DNA of 63,537 bases, counting the filler, from Octopus bimaculoides (taxonomy: Eukaryota): the NCBI RefSeq assembly GCF_001194135.2. It is 6 parts of 6 records of this genome, joined end to end, with 100 filler letters (N's around TTAATTAATTAA, not from the genome) between each part and the next. Parts side by side here need not be neighbours in the genome. Positions count along the whole stretch, not along the records: positions 1 to 26,384 come from NC_069006.1; 5 more parts are not named here. One strand, given 5' to 3'. The position numbers were made by a program, and so were the translations under genes. The stretch's first letter is position 1, and every line of letters starts with the position of its first letter. Below the pieces are notes generated by a model. That model worked only from the letters and a program-made list of their open reading frames with translations, had not been told where the DNA came from and searched no databases. Below are positions 12,538 to 25,297 of the stretch, one piece after another.

Positions 12538-13255
12538 CTGTACCATAATATTACACATACAATGAACCAAGTCTACCTTGTTACTTTTCCCAACCTTGCG
12601 TAGGGTTATGTTGAATTTATACCTTTTGTACACAATGATCAGTATACTAATAAGGGAAAGTTGAGAAGGAATTATTAAAAAAAAATTCTTTACACCCCTT
12701 CTGTGGACAATTTTATCAAATTTGACACTTTAGAGACAACAGGTCGTTCTCCTCATATTCATAAGATGTGATGTCATTAAAGTGGGAATAAGAATCAAAT
12801 TTTTGATACTTCAGAGACAACAAGGTCATTAAGATTATTTCCTTTGGTTTAGTGGTATGTGAAAACATGTAGGTAATTTACAAATGCATGTGTGTGTGTG
12901 TTGACATGTGTATAGAGTATAGAACTGGTCATTACACGTATATATATGAACAGAGATGAAAATGAAGAGGTCATTTTATTCCTATCAGTCAGTTTTGTGA
13001 ATTCAACAAAAAAGGAAGAAAAACTTCCATCATTAAATACAAAGACTTTTATTTGCAGCTGAGAAGATTCATGGAATATTTTCTGAACGTTTAAACTGCA
13101 ATCTTCTTGAAGAAATTGTTGGAAAAATTTGCTTGAACTGAAATCTCTTCGTGTTNNNNNNNNNNNNNNNNNNNNNNNNNNNNNNNNNNNNNNNNNNNNN
13201 NNNNNNNNNNNNNNNNNNNNNNNNNNNNNNNNNNNNNNNNNNNNNNNNNNNNNNN

Positions 13256-13289
<34 letters not shown>

Positions 13290-14315
13290 ATTTTATCTCT
13301 GTCTGACTTTCTCTTTCTATCTCTCTTTGTCTTTCCACCTGATTTCAAACAAGACTATAATTTCAATATAAAAACCCAATTACACATCTGATATACGTTG
13401 CTTGGACTTCGTCAACTGATGTTACAAAGGTAACAGCGCTCTTTCAATATAGATTAACTATAAAACTGCAGTAACACGTGAGCACAACTTCATGCAACCA
13501 TCAGCAGGAAAATTATTGAAAAACATGTGTATCGTCGTCACTATGTATTACATCGAAGACGGCGAGCTGGCAGAAACGTTAGCACGCCGGGCAAAATGCT
13601 TAGCGGTATTTCGCCTGTCTCAACGTTGTGAGTTCAAATTCCGCCGATGTCAGCTTTGCCTTTCATCCTTTCGGGGGTCGATAAATTAAGTACCGGTTGA
13701 GTACTGGGGTCGATGTAATCGACTTGGCTCTTCCCCCCAAAATTCCAGTCCTCGTGCCTACAGTAGAAAGGATTATGTATTAGATTCTTCTTCTTCTTCT
13801 TTGTAACTCTTTGTGGATTCTAATGTTAACACAAATACGACGTTGATCTTATTACACGGATTCAGGTACACGAAATTAAAAACTGTGGCATACATAACAT
13901 CTGTTATTCTCCTGGTGGACATCCCGATAATCGGTTTCCCACGAACAAATCAATAGAATAAACCCAGAACAATGTTTGTGCCTATAATAGATAAGAAGGT
14001 CAGGTGCAGTAATTGATTTCATTGAAATATATATCATCCAAGATAAGTGTTTCACAACGGCCAACCTCACAACTGACTGTATCGACTCCAGTTTCTCACA
14101 TGTGTCGCAATAGTAATTACATCAAAGTTTAAACTTATGTAACATCTGATCCATGTATTTATATTAAACACTGATGAGGGCGTGGCTGTGCGGTAAGAAG
14201 TTTGCTTCCCAACCACATGGCTCCTGAATGGATTTGGTTGACGGAAATTGAAAGCTCGTCGTCTCTCTCTTTCTTTCTTTCTCTCTCTCTCTCTCTCTCT
14301 GTCTATCTGTCTATC

Positions 14316-14352
<37 letters not shown>

Positions 14353-14656
14353 GTGTGTGTGTTTGTGTTAGTCTCCCCCCACCGCTTAACAACCGGTGTT
14401 GGTTTGTTTATGTACCCGTAACTTAGCGGTTCGGCATAAGAGACTTAAAAAAAGTATTGGGGGTTGATTCGTTCGATTAAAAAATCCCTTCAAGGTCGTG
14501 CCCCAGTATGACCACAGTCCAAAGACTGAAACAAGTGAAAGGAGGAAAAATTATTATTTATAATTGAAGCCATGTGAACAAACGTGACGGACTTTAGTTC
14601 GTTGTCTCATCTCCAAGAGACACCACGAAAACGTCCTTTAAATCCCATTTTGTTAT

Positions 14657-15167
14657 TTAACCCTTTGAGCCCTGACCTCCTGAACCTTATTTGACCATAT
14701 ACCTGGCTTCCTGAGCAAAATAAGCTGAAAATTGGGTTATTATCAGTTACATCTCTCAAAACAAGAATATCAATGTCAATAACAATCTAACAACACAAAC
14801 GCAACAGAGATGCCTACCTGGCTCCTAGGGTCGGTCAATATTCCACCTTGGTATGCCAGTCGGTCCAGCATGTTGATCCTCTTTTGATGCAGAGATGAAC
14901 CTTGCATTCTTGGCAACAGATGGCTGATTTGACTGCTTTGACTGGATAATCCTTGTAAGGAACACTGGGGTTTTCTGACTTGAATTTGTTGTACTTCTTG
15001 GCACATAGAACACACAGTGTGCTTGTAGACCCATCCTCTGGTATGTGTGGATGGTGGCAGCCTATGTTTTGGAAACGAACAGGGACTTCGCGTTCACGAG
15101 CTTTTCGAACAGCTTTTGTGCGAAACTCACCAACAAGCCCCAGAAATTTGTGGAATGTAGATAGCCC
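14657..15167 (-). mobile_element. piggyBac-family transposon 3' end: TTAA + CCCTTTGAG terminus and intact transposase C-terminal Cys-rich domain (CDS 14835-15167, continues into gap)
   Basis: TTAA at 14657-14660 followed by CCC terminus; translation …LCVLCAKK…CCQECKVHLCIKRGSTCWTDWHTKVEY* matches the piggyBac/PGBD cysteine-rich zinc-binding tail. Confidence 0.85.
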
Positions 15168-16184
15168 NNNNNNNNNNNNNNNNNNNNNNNNNNNNNNNNN
15201 NNNNNNNNNNNNNNNNNNNNNNNNNNNNNNNNNNNNNNNNNNNNNNNNNNNNNNNNNNNNNNNNNNNNNNNNNNNNNNNNNNNNNNNNNNNNNNNNNNNN
15301 NNNNNNNNNNNNNNNNNNNNNNNNNNNNNNNNNNNNNNNNNNNNNNNNNNNNNNNNNNNNNNNNNNNNNNNNNNNNNNNNNNNNNNNNNNNNNNNNNNNN
15401 NNNNNNNNNNNNNNNNNNNNNNNNNNNNNNNNNNNNNNNNNNNNNNNNNNNNNNNNNNNNNNNNNNNNNNNNNNNNNNNNNNNNNNNNNNNNNNNNNNNN
15501 NNNNNNNNNNNNNNNNNNNNNNNNNNNNNNNNNNNNNNNNNNNNNNNNNNNNNNNNNNNNNNNNNNNNNNNNNNNNNNNNNNNNNNNNNNNNNNNNNNNN
15601 NNNNNNNNNNNNNNNNNNNNNNNNNNNNNNNNNNNNNNNNNNNNNNNNNNNNNNNNNNNNNNNNNNNNNNNNNNNNNNNNNNNNNNNNNNNNNNNNNNNN
15701 NNNNNNNNNNNNNNNNNNNNNNNNNNNNNNNNNNNNNNNNNNNNNNNNNNNNNNNNNNNNNNNNNNNNNNNNNNNNNNNNNNNNNNNNNNNNNNNNNNNN
15801 NNNNNNNNNNNNNNNNNNNNNNNNNNNNNNNNNNNNNNNNNNNNNNNNNNNNNNNNNNNNNNNNNNNNNNNNNNNNNNNNNNNNNNNNNNNNNNNNNNNN
15901 NNNNNNNNNNNNNNNNNNNNNNNNNNNNNNNNNNNNNNNNNNNNNNNNNNNNNNNNNNNNNNNNNNNNNNNNNNNNNNNNNNNNNNNNNNNNNNNNNNNN
16001 NNNNNNNNNNNNNNNNNNNNNNNNNNNNNNNNNNNNNNNNNNNNNNNNNNNNNNNNNNNNNNNNNNNNNNNNNNNNNNNNNNNNNNNNNNNNNNNNNNNN
16101 NNNNNNNNNNNNNNNNNNNNNNNNNNNNNNNNNNNNNNNNNNNNNNNNNNNNNGAAATTGCTGGCCCTGTATCAAAGTTTGAAA

Positions 16185-16224
<40 letters not shown>

Positions 16225-17645
16225 AACGGCGAGCTGCCATAGTAAATACACCGGTCAAAATGCTGAGCAACATTTCATCCGTTTTAACATTATGAGCTCA
16301 AATTCCTCCGAGGTTGACTTTGCTTTTCATCTTTTTCGTATTTTGTACCAGTTGTACACTCGGGACGATGTTATCAATTAGCTTTCTTCCCCCAAAATTT
16401 CATGCCTTGTCCCTAATGTAGAAAGGAGGGAAACGTTGACACTGACTTTTAAATTTCGGCTCAGTTGCGACAGAAGCAGATGGTCACTATCAACATTTTT
16501 CCTTGTCAAAATTGTGTGTGTGAATGAATAGTCTTCGTCAACAGATGCAGTTATTTTGGCAGAAATGTCGGAAGTGCCTTGCAGTATTTCTTCCGTCTCC
16601 TTATGTTTTGTGCTCAAATCCTAGTGAGATTAACATTAGTCCTTCTGAGATTAGTCCGCCCAGAGTCCAATTACTAATCTAGTTTTGGGATCGATTTAAA
16701 ACTCTTCCCCGTAAAACCGCAGGTTTTGTGCTAAATTAAAAGCATCAACCCCAATCATTGATTAGGGTTCTGTATGTGACGGAAAGATGAAAGGCAAAGT
16801 TGACTTCGACACGATTTGAACTCGATGTTTTGAGACTTGGAGGATGAAGTGATATGAAGTTATAGGAATTTAGCAAATTAGCTTTCCATATAATTTTACT
16901 CTCTCTCTCCGTATTACACACATAGGGAGATATGCATAGACATACGCATATGTACTTAAGGACAGAGGTAACCACAGGCTTACGCACACAGGCGTATACA
17001 CATACTCGTATAAGGGCACATACACACACACTCCCTTGCATTTACCCGCACTCTCTTACATATACACTCTTATACTCTTACACATACACACACTTAAACA
17101 TCCAGCCCCGCGCATGTGCAATAATTTCTGCATACTTTCACTGTTTTTCCGTTTCTCCGTTTTTTGATTTCTCATTTTAAATATGAGTGGAAGCAACCGA
17201 TTTTTTACGCTTGTCGAATTGAAAATTAATTATTTACTAAACAATTGATGAAGCAAAATGACAATTATCGTAACACTTACGTTACGAATCGGTAGAGCGT
17301 TGGACAAATGCGTTCGGCGTTTATTCAAATTTGAGGTCGGGTTTGAATTAAAAGAAAAAAATATATGTACACCACTGGAGAAAGCTCTTTTGGAAGGCTA
17401 TGTTAGACGACAGAATGATTGTAATTTGGTCGGATGAAATAAAAGAAATAAAACGTGATTATAGTCAACATCATTTGTTATTGTTTACAGGTTTTAAGAT
17501 ATAATTAGGAGGAATAAATTAACATAAGTTAATTTATTTACTCTAATTACTATTCAGTCTCTTAATACAGAAACTTATACGTCTCTTTCTATAGTCTTAT
17601 CTCTCGATCTGTCTACAACCATCTGTCTGTTTGTCTGTCTATCTA

Positions 17646-17698
<53 letters not shown>

Positions 17699-17936
17699 GT
17701 GTGTATGCGTGTGTGTGTGTATTTATACGTGAGTCTATGTGTCTGCATGCGTGTGTATATATATATATATATGTANNNNNNNNNNNNNNNNNNNNNNNNN
17801 NNNNNNNNNNNNNNNNNNNNNNNNNNNNNNNNNNNNNNNNNNNNNNNNNNNNNNNNNNNNNNNNNNNNNNNNNNNNNNNNNNNNNNNNNNNNNNNNNNNN
17901 NNNNNNNNNNNNNNNNNNNNNNNNNNNNNNNNNNNN

Positions 17937-18003
<67 letters not shown>

Positions 18004-18007
<4 letters not shown>

Positions 18008-18970
18008 AAATAAGCAACAGGATATCAAGTAGTGTTGCAGTACGACCGTTCCAAGCGACTCCATTTAATTGAACAATGCAATCATTACATCAATTTAAAT
18101 GCAATGCCATCTTCAGCTGCACAAATAAATAAATAGAATTTTAACCAGTAGGACACATCAATATAATTTTTCTCAAATATTTTATCAGTGAGAAGAGGGA
18201 AGCAATTCATGTTGTCGCTATTGTAGCTAAGAATCGACTACACTTCCAAGAATCGCATGAAGCCTATTGCGGACATAGTGTTGTAAGGGATTGTACATCT
18301 CTAATTCATTTATCTCTTTATCAACTACTAAATCTAAGGCTAGAAGACTGTGTCTATTTTGAATAAAGGACAAGAGTGAGTTGACAGCTCATGGCTAGGT
18401 GTGGTCATAAATATTGTCATATGTATCCCTTTTCCTCAGGGAGGAATGAAGACGTTAGGAGTAGTCAATTGGATATAGGTAACTGTCTATAAAAAGGAGC
18501 TGGGTAGGGGAAGACTTTAAATCATGATATTAATTACCAGTTAAAGAGGCAAGACGCCAAGAAACTTAAAATGTTAATACAGAAGAATATTGTTTTGGGG
18601 CACTATGGGTGATTGTTTATAAACAATATTGTTATGTTGTATAAAAATAAAAGATTTTCCAAAAATGATAACATAATCAAAATAGGTAAAATGTGTGTAT
18701 ATATCAATTTGACCCCAATAGGCTTCATGCGTAGTCTATTCTTAGCTACAATAGCGACAACATGAATTTCTTCCCTCTTCTTGCTCTGTTAAAATATTTG
18801 AGAAAAATTATATTAATGTGTCCTACTGGTTAAAATTCTATTTATTTATTTGTGCAACTGAAGATGGCACTGCATTTAAATTGATGTAATGATTGCATTG
18901 TTCAATTAAATGGAGTGGCTTGGAACGGTCCTACTCCATCACTGTTCGATATCCTGTTGCTTATTTTGAT
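18004..18970. repeat. Long inverted repeat (~260-bp arms, ~450-bp spacer), probable long-TIR non-autonomous DNA transposon
   Basis: Arm 18004-18269 is the reverse complement of 18716-18970 with high but imperfect identity. Confidence 0.88.
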
Positions 18971-19905
18971 TTTATTCACCTTACTTCGAGCTGTGCGGAT
19001 AATACTGGACCGACTTGGTACTTCAACTTAAGTACCTAATTCAACTGAATCTCAATTATTTATTATATATATANNNNNNNNNNNNNNNNNNNNNNNNNNN
19101 NNNNNNNNNNNNNNNNNNNNNNNNNNNNNNNNNNNNNNNNTGTATCTCTTCAAATTAATTAAAGAAAACATCCACAGCAGGATGCCAACCCTCTGGAAGA
19201 TCTTTTGAGTGCTAATTATATTGTCACATTCTTGTTTTAGTTCGAGAGTTAATGGGAGCATCATGCCATGGTCGTTCCTTGAACTAACCAATTCTACCTC
19301 AAACTACCATTTAATTGAATAGAAGGACACCTTGTGAAATCTAACTCTAAGTAAATTATGTCTAAAAACAAAAGAAGGGATGGTGGCGTAGTGGATGTCT
19401 TTTATCTTAGGGCGACTGGATCAGGGTTGACTTGGGGTTAAGCGACAAGAACTGGTATTTGTCACTGGACTGCAGCATAACTTGAGCCCGTCCCACTCAG
19501 GTTTGGTTGATTGTGTTCACTCCACCTCCAGTACTTATTCCAGTAATTAAGAACTTCAGAAGGTAAGAAAAAATGGAAGAGGTGGAGTTGAGGTGGGCGG
19601 GGTTTCGATACAGAAAGTAGATGGGATGTTAGCGAACGTGACACATAGGGTGTGTTCGATGCTCCATCTATTCTGTCAACCGACGGCCCGTGTCATCGTT
19701 TTGAAGGTGAGCCCTTTACACGGAAATTATATTTCCTTTCATGATGGAAGTAAATGACGTCACACATCAAAGAACAGACAACTTCATTCCATATGCTTTA
19801 CAGTTTTCTTTCATGTGCTCACTCTATGCATACATACATACATACATACATACACACGTGTGTGTGTCTGTGTGTACACGCATGCATGTATATATATATG
19901 CATGT

Positions 19906-20265
19906 CTATACATGTATTTGGCAGTGGGGATCGAGCTTCGCTGATGATTTAAAAAGGTCGATGTAGAAGGTTTTGCACACTTCTTCTGTCTCCCCTTTGT
20001 CTGTTACCGTAAACTTGTTTTTGTCCTTAAGCCGCTTCACTTCTGACCTATAGAGTGTCAGCCCCCTCCTGCATCTTTTTAAACTTCTTTCCTCCAAAGC
20101 CTGCATCAATTTCTTCAGTCTATAATTCTCAAAGTCATTTCCTAGATGTTGTCTGATCGCTTTACAGAGAACAGAATACTTGAGGTAATCTTTCATGCTC
20201 GAAGAAGTGGCATCAATTCTGGTCAGTGGAATTGAAAATGCTCTCAAATTGATGTAAACAGACAA
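19906..20265 (-). mobile_element. RTE LINE endonuclease-RT linker fragment, inverted relative to the adjacent RT fragment
   Basis: KYSVLCKAIRQHLGNDFENYR…RSLKRCRRGLTLYRSE…EEVCKTFYIDLF matches the RTE ORF linker. Confidence 0.75.
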
Positions 20266-20271
20266 AGATCA

Positions 20272-20885
20272 TAGGAAAAATGGTATCACATCAGAGATGT
20301 GAAAATGCGGAGGTGAAGGGCTGCGAAAAAAACCCCGTTCTGTGCTTCAATCACTGTCGGAAGGAAGGCAAAAAAAAAAACACTCACTAAAGAAAGAGTC
20401 AATTACCCCTTTGATTCATAAGAAGGGTGATCAAGAAGATTTAAAATACTGTCATTCCATATGCCTCTTGTTTCACCTCTGTAAGCTGTTTACAAAAACC
20501 ATAGACATCAGACTTCAAAATACCTCGACGGCCAATAGCCAAGAGAGTAAGCAGATTTCCGTAGGAACCACAGTACGACAGACCACATATTCACGAAGGA
20601 ATGAATACAAGCCTCCTCGTAGAACGAAGGAATGTATACAAGCCTCCTCTGTGTATCGCTTTTGTTGATTACGAAAAGTCTTCGATAGCGTCGAGATGAA
20701 TGCAGTGTTGAAATCCTTGGAAATGCCAAAGGTACCGAAGCGCGATACATCAAACTGCTCAGAGATGCGAATTCTGGATGCACAGCAGATATAGGTCTAC
20801 TATCACTACCGATAAGAGTTCCAATTAGGAAAGGTGTCATGCAAGGAGATACCACCTTTCCAAAGCTCTTTACCTCATATCCAGA
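20272..20885 (+). mobile_element. RTE LINE reverse transcriptase relic
   Basis: GKNGITSEM…LIHKKGDQEDLK…DHIFT…PLCIAFVDYEKSFDSVE…KGVMQGDT RT motifs with frameshifts and stops. Confidence 0.85.
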
Positions 20886-21089
20886 AATTGTCATCAGGGA
20901 CACTGACTGGACAGGAGGCGTGAACACTAAGTGATGAGACATAAACACAGTGAAACGTTTTTCAAACAATGCCAATGCAAAAACACACAATGTCAACACA
21001 CGCACGTGGTTGCGAAGCGAACGCTTTAGCCACACTGTCATGTCGGCATATCTCAACATGTTTCTATGTTTGTTTGTGTGTGTGCGCGT

Positions 21090-21126
<37 letters not shown>

Positions 21127-21993
21127 NNNNNNNNNNNNNNNNNNNNNNNNNNNNNNNNNNNNNNNNNNNNNNNNNNNNNNNNNNNNNNNNNNNNNNNNNN
21201 NNNNNNNNNNNNNNNNNNNNNNNNNNNNNNNNNNNNNNNNNNNNNNNNNNNNNNNNNNNNNNNNNNNNNNNNNNNNNNNNNNNNNNNNNNNNNNNNNNNN
21301 NNNNNNNNNNNNNNNNNNNNNNNNNNNNNNNNNNNNNNNNNNNNNNNNNNNNNNNNNNNNNNNNNNNNNNNNNNNNNNNNNNNNNNNNNNNNNNNNNNNN
21401 NNNNNNNNNNNNNNNNNNNNNNNNNNNNNNNNNNNNNNNNNNNNNNNNNNNNNNNNNNNNNNNNNNNNNNNNNNNNNNNNNNNNNNNNNNNNNNNNNNNN
21501 NNNNNNNNNNNNNNNNNNNNNNNNNNNNNNNNNNNNNNNNNNNNNNNNNNNNNNNNNNNNNNNNNNNNNNNNNNNNNNNNNNNNNNNNNNNNNNNNNNNN
21601 NNNNNNNNNNNNNNNNNNNNNNNNNNNNNNNNNNNNNNNNNNNNNNNNNNNNNNNNNNNNNNNNNNNNNNNNNNNNNNNNNNNNNNNNAGATTCAGCGTG
21701 ACACAGTGTGACAAGGCTGACCCTTTGAATTACAGGCACAACAGAAACAGGAAGTAAGAGTTAGAGAAAGTTGTGGTGAAAGAGTACAGCAGGGTTCGCC
21801 ACCATCCCCTGCCGGAGCCTCGTGGAGCTTGAGGTGTTTTCGCTCAATAAACACTCACAACGGCCGGTCTGGGAATCGAAACCACGATCCTATGACCGCG
21901 AGTCCGCTGCCCTAACCACTAGGCCATTGCGCCTCCACCGCTTATCAAATATATTCTCAAATACCGTCAAAGCTCATCAATGACTCCCTAGAT

Positions 21994-22526
21994 CAGTGAT
22001 TCTCAACCGGGGCCCACATAAAATTTTGTTGTTAAAATTTATCTGCAATAAATTGGTTATACTATTCCATGTTTATCCTTCTGTTTTGTTTAGTTCATAT
22101 TGTTAGGAATTGTATGTTTAAATATTTTGTGTATTGTAGAATACACAAAATATTAAACAATATTTCCTAACAATATGGACTAAACAAAACAGGAGGATAC
22201 ACATGGGATAGAAAAGTCGCTGAAGAGGTCACAGATGTGTGATGAAAGGTTTCCAGACAATGGACATAAGATAAAAATAAGAACAATAATAAACGAGTGA
22301 AGAACGAATATATAGTGCGTGTATTTATTTGACAAGAAAGATAAAAATGACCGTCCCGAAATATAACAATATCTGTTTCAACACACGGCTTCACATCAGG
22401 AATCCTGCAAAACAAATTAATTAACGTAATTAATATTTAATTATAAAAATATAATACGATTTCTTAAACATCGGATGGCTGGGAAACAAATGGGTCGATA
22501 GGTGAAAAAATGGTTGAGAACCATGG
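21994..22526 (+). mobile_element. Non-autonomous hAT (Buster/Charlie-type) element
   Basis: TIR CAGTGATTCTCAACC … GGTTGAGAACCATGG; perfect 8-bp TSD CCCTAGAT (21986-21993, 22527-22534). Confidence 0.85.
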
Positions 22527-22854
22527 CCCTAGATTATGCTTTTACATTCTCTGACCCTTTCGAGCTAATTTTTAATTGAACCCCTCTGTGGTCCAGCTTT
22601 CCTGTTAGACTTAATGAATCTTCCCTTCACAGCTGTTATGGACTTCAACTTTGCCCGCCATTAGACGCAGCCAACCTTTTATCTAAATGTCACCATTTAC
22701 AAATAGTTAAAGTAACTCATAATAAATTATATTATAATTAATTATCAAGATTTTGAAGATTACTCACTGAGGCCTAAGATATTCTTTTATCCAGACCGTT
22801 GCATATGTAGTTTCAGTGTGACACTGTCAGGTGCAGAACAAAACTAATTAATAT

Positions 22855-23930
22855 TGCCATCCTTTTGAATGCGTACGCGCGTGCAAGCGCGGAGACGCAC
22901 GCGCACATACACATTCGCGCGCGCGCGCGAACACAAATGCATTGGTCGGAAACGAAACGAATTTTAAATTGGCTAATTGTTGTTGAATTTATATATTCAA
23001 CATAAATGAGCCAGTAATATATATACATAAATTTATATAAATGTATGTNNNNNNNNNNNNNNNNNNNNNNNNNNNNNNNNNNNNNNNNNNNNNNNNNNNN
23101 NNNNNNNNNNNNNNNNNNNNNNNNNNNNNNNNNNNNNNNNNNNNNNNNNNNNNNNNNNNNNNNNNNNNNNNNNNNNNNNNNNNNNNNNNNNNNNNNNNNN
23201 NNNNNNNNNNNNNNNNNNNNNNNNNNNNNNNNNNNNNNNNNNNNNNNNNNNNNNNNNNNNNNNNNNNNNNNNNNNNNNNNNNNNNNNNNNNNNNNNNNNN
23301 NNNNNNNNNNNNNNNNNNNNNNNNNNNNNNNNNNNNNNNNNNNNNNNNNNNNNNNNNNNNNNNNNNNNNNNNNNNNNNNNNNNNNNNNNNNNNNNNNNNN
23401 NNNNNNNNNNNNNNNNNNNNNNNNNNNNNNNNNNNNNNNNNNNNNNNNNNNNNNNNNNNNNNNNNNNNNNNNNNNNNNNNNNNNNNNNNNNNNNNNNNNN
23501 NNNNNNNNNNNNNNNNNNNNNNNNNNNNNNNNNNNNNNNNNNNNNNNNNNNNNNNNNNNNNNNNNNNNNNNNNNNNNNNNNNNNNNNNNNNNNNNNNNNN
23601 NNNNNNNNNNNNNNNNNNNNNNNNNNNNNNNNNNNNNNNNNNNNNNNNNNNNNNNNNNNNNNNNNNNNNNNNNNNNNNNNNNNNNNNNNNNNNNNNNNNN
23701 NNNNNNNNNNNNNNNNNNNNNNNNNNNNNNNNNNNNNNNNNNNNNNNNNATATATATATATATATATATATAAGATCATTTTATAACTTCGTTAAACCGA
23801 AAAGTAATTTCGTTAAACACAAGAACAAAAATAGAAACAAGACTGCAGCTGAAGTGCTAAGGTGACACTGAGGCGGAAGCAGAAATAAATTGGAAGGTAT
23901 AATAAATAAACGCTCCAATTGGTCAAAACA
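22855..23930. promoter_or_regulatory. Possible promoter region upstream of PGAP1 (spans a gap)
   Basis: CpG cluster, ATTGG/CCAAT boxes near 22941, 22968 and 23915, GGCGGAAG ETS-like site near 23872. Confidence 0.3.
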
Positions 23931-24162
23931 ACTTTATATCATTCCCAAATTATCATAAATCAAATATAAATATATATTAAAACAATAGGGCACCCAATGG
24001 TAAAACCCAATAGTATTAAATATACGCATATACACGAATAAAAGGTGATAAAACCTAAGAGTGAAGTCGAATGAAGAATATTATATGGAATAAATCCATG
24101 CGTAATAAGAGCGACTAAAAATTTAAGGCAATGGAACTAAAATAATATAAATATAAATATAT

Positions 24163-24537
24163 AGGCGCAGGAGTGGCTGTGTGGTAAGTAGCTTGCTTAC
24201 CAACCACATGGTTCCGGGTTCAGTCCCACTGCGTGGCACCTTGGGCATGTGTCTTCTACTATAGCCTTGGGCCGACCAAAACCTTGTGAGTGGATTTGGT
24301 AGACAGAAACTGAAAGAAGCCCGTCGTATATATATATATATNNNNNNNNNNCCCCAATATCGCTTGACAACCGATGCTGGTGTGTTTACGTCCCCGTAAC
24401 CTAGCGGTTCGGCAAAAGAGACCGATGGAATAAGTACTAGGCTTACAAAGAATAAGTCCTGGGGTCGATTTGCCCGACTTAAAGCGGTGCTCCAGCATGG
24501 CCACAGTCAAACGACTGAAACAAGTAAAAGAGTAAAA
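24163..24537 (+). mobile_element. SINE family A (bipartite, microsatellite linker), representative copy; other copies near 100, 8355(-), 8903, 10870(-), 14180, 25565(-), 34565, 38040, 38560, 41225(-), 41612(-), 43425(-), 44228, 45585, 51870, 55585, 56350(-), 57565
   Basis: Recurrent head gtggctgtgtggtaagtagcttgcttaccaaccacatggttccgggttcagtccc and tail gctccagcatggccgcagtcaaatgactgaaacaagtaaaagag. Confidence 0.9.
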
Positions 24538-24639
24538 GAATATGAATATAAAAATGAAGTGCAAAATGGTAACCAGAAAAAGTCCATTCAAATCCATTTC
24601 TGTGATCTTCATTTATAAGTGGTTACTCTTCAGCTTGTC

Positions 24640-25250
24640 CTTATATTTGAGCCATGGTTAACCAACATTCATGTGTCCACTATCAAGCTGGCTGTACATG
24701 AGGACTTCGGATATTCTTTCGTCACTCATTCTGATGACATGGTCAGTCCAGCACAATTGTGATTGCATGAGGGAGCTGTCGATTCCTCTAATCTTACACC
24801 TGCTAAACAGATCGGTATTAGAAACTCTGTCTTTTAGTGAGTAACCACTTTGAAGTCGCCCATAAAGATGAGTTTATTCCTATGATGACAACTGGAGATG
24901 ACATCAAGGAGTTGCTTGTAAAATTCATCGTTTCCCTGCTCAGTGCTGACCATAGATTGGGCATAGCAACTGACAAGTGTAGCACGGGTGTTGTGATCAA
25001 GTTCCAACGTTAGTGTCACGAGGCGATCAGAAATACCTTTAGGTAGACAAAGAAGGGATCTGCCGCTTTCACTCTCTCGTCAGAGGACGTTTTGATTTTT
25101 ACAAGTTGATGCTGTGCCGTATTGAATGAATAAATGTGAGTTGTCAGAAAAGCCACCCATATGATTTGATATAAGTGTAGAACCAACCACACTCTTTTGG
25201 AAGTGCTGAAAGCAAGAATATGGTACACAGATGTTCCACAATATCAAGAG
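24640..25250 (-). mobile_element. Internally deleted RTE/BovB-like LINE: APE endonuclease joined directly to the post-RT C-terminus
   Basis: TLTLELDHNTRATLVSCYAQ…EFYKQL…KLIFMGDF then RVSNTDLF…QLCWTDHVIRMSDERI…MYSQL; junction near 24835-24845. Confidence 0.75.
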
Positions 25251-25297
25251 CAACACGCCTCAGGCTTTTTGTTCGGCGGTTTCCATCCCCTAGAGTC

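Noticed and set aside
12940-13155. Open minus-strand frame RRDFSSSKFF…
   Set aside because: No splice or homology support; runs into a gap and a microsatellite
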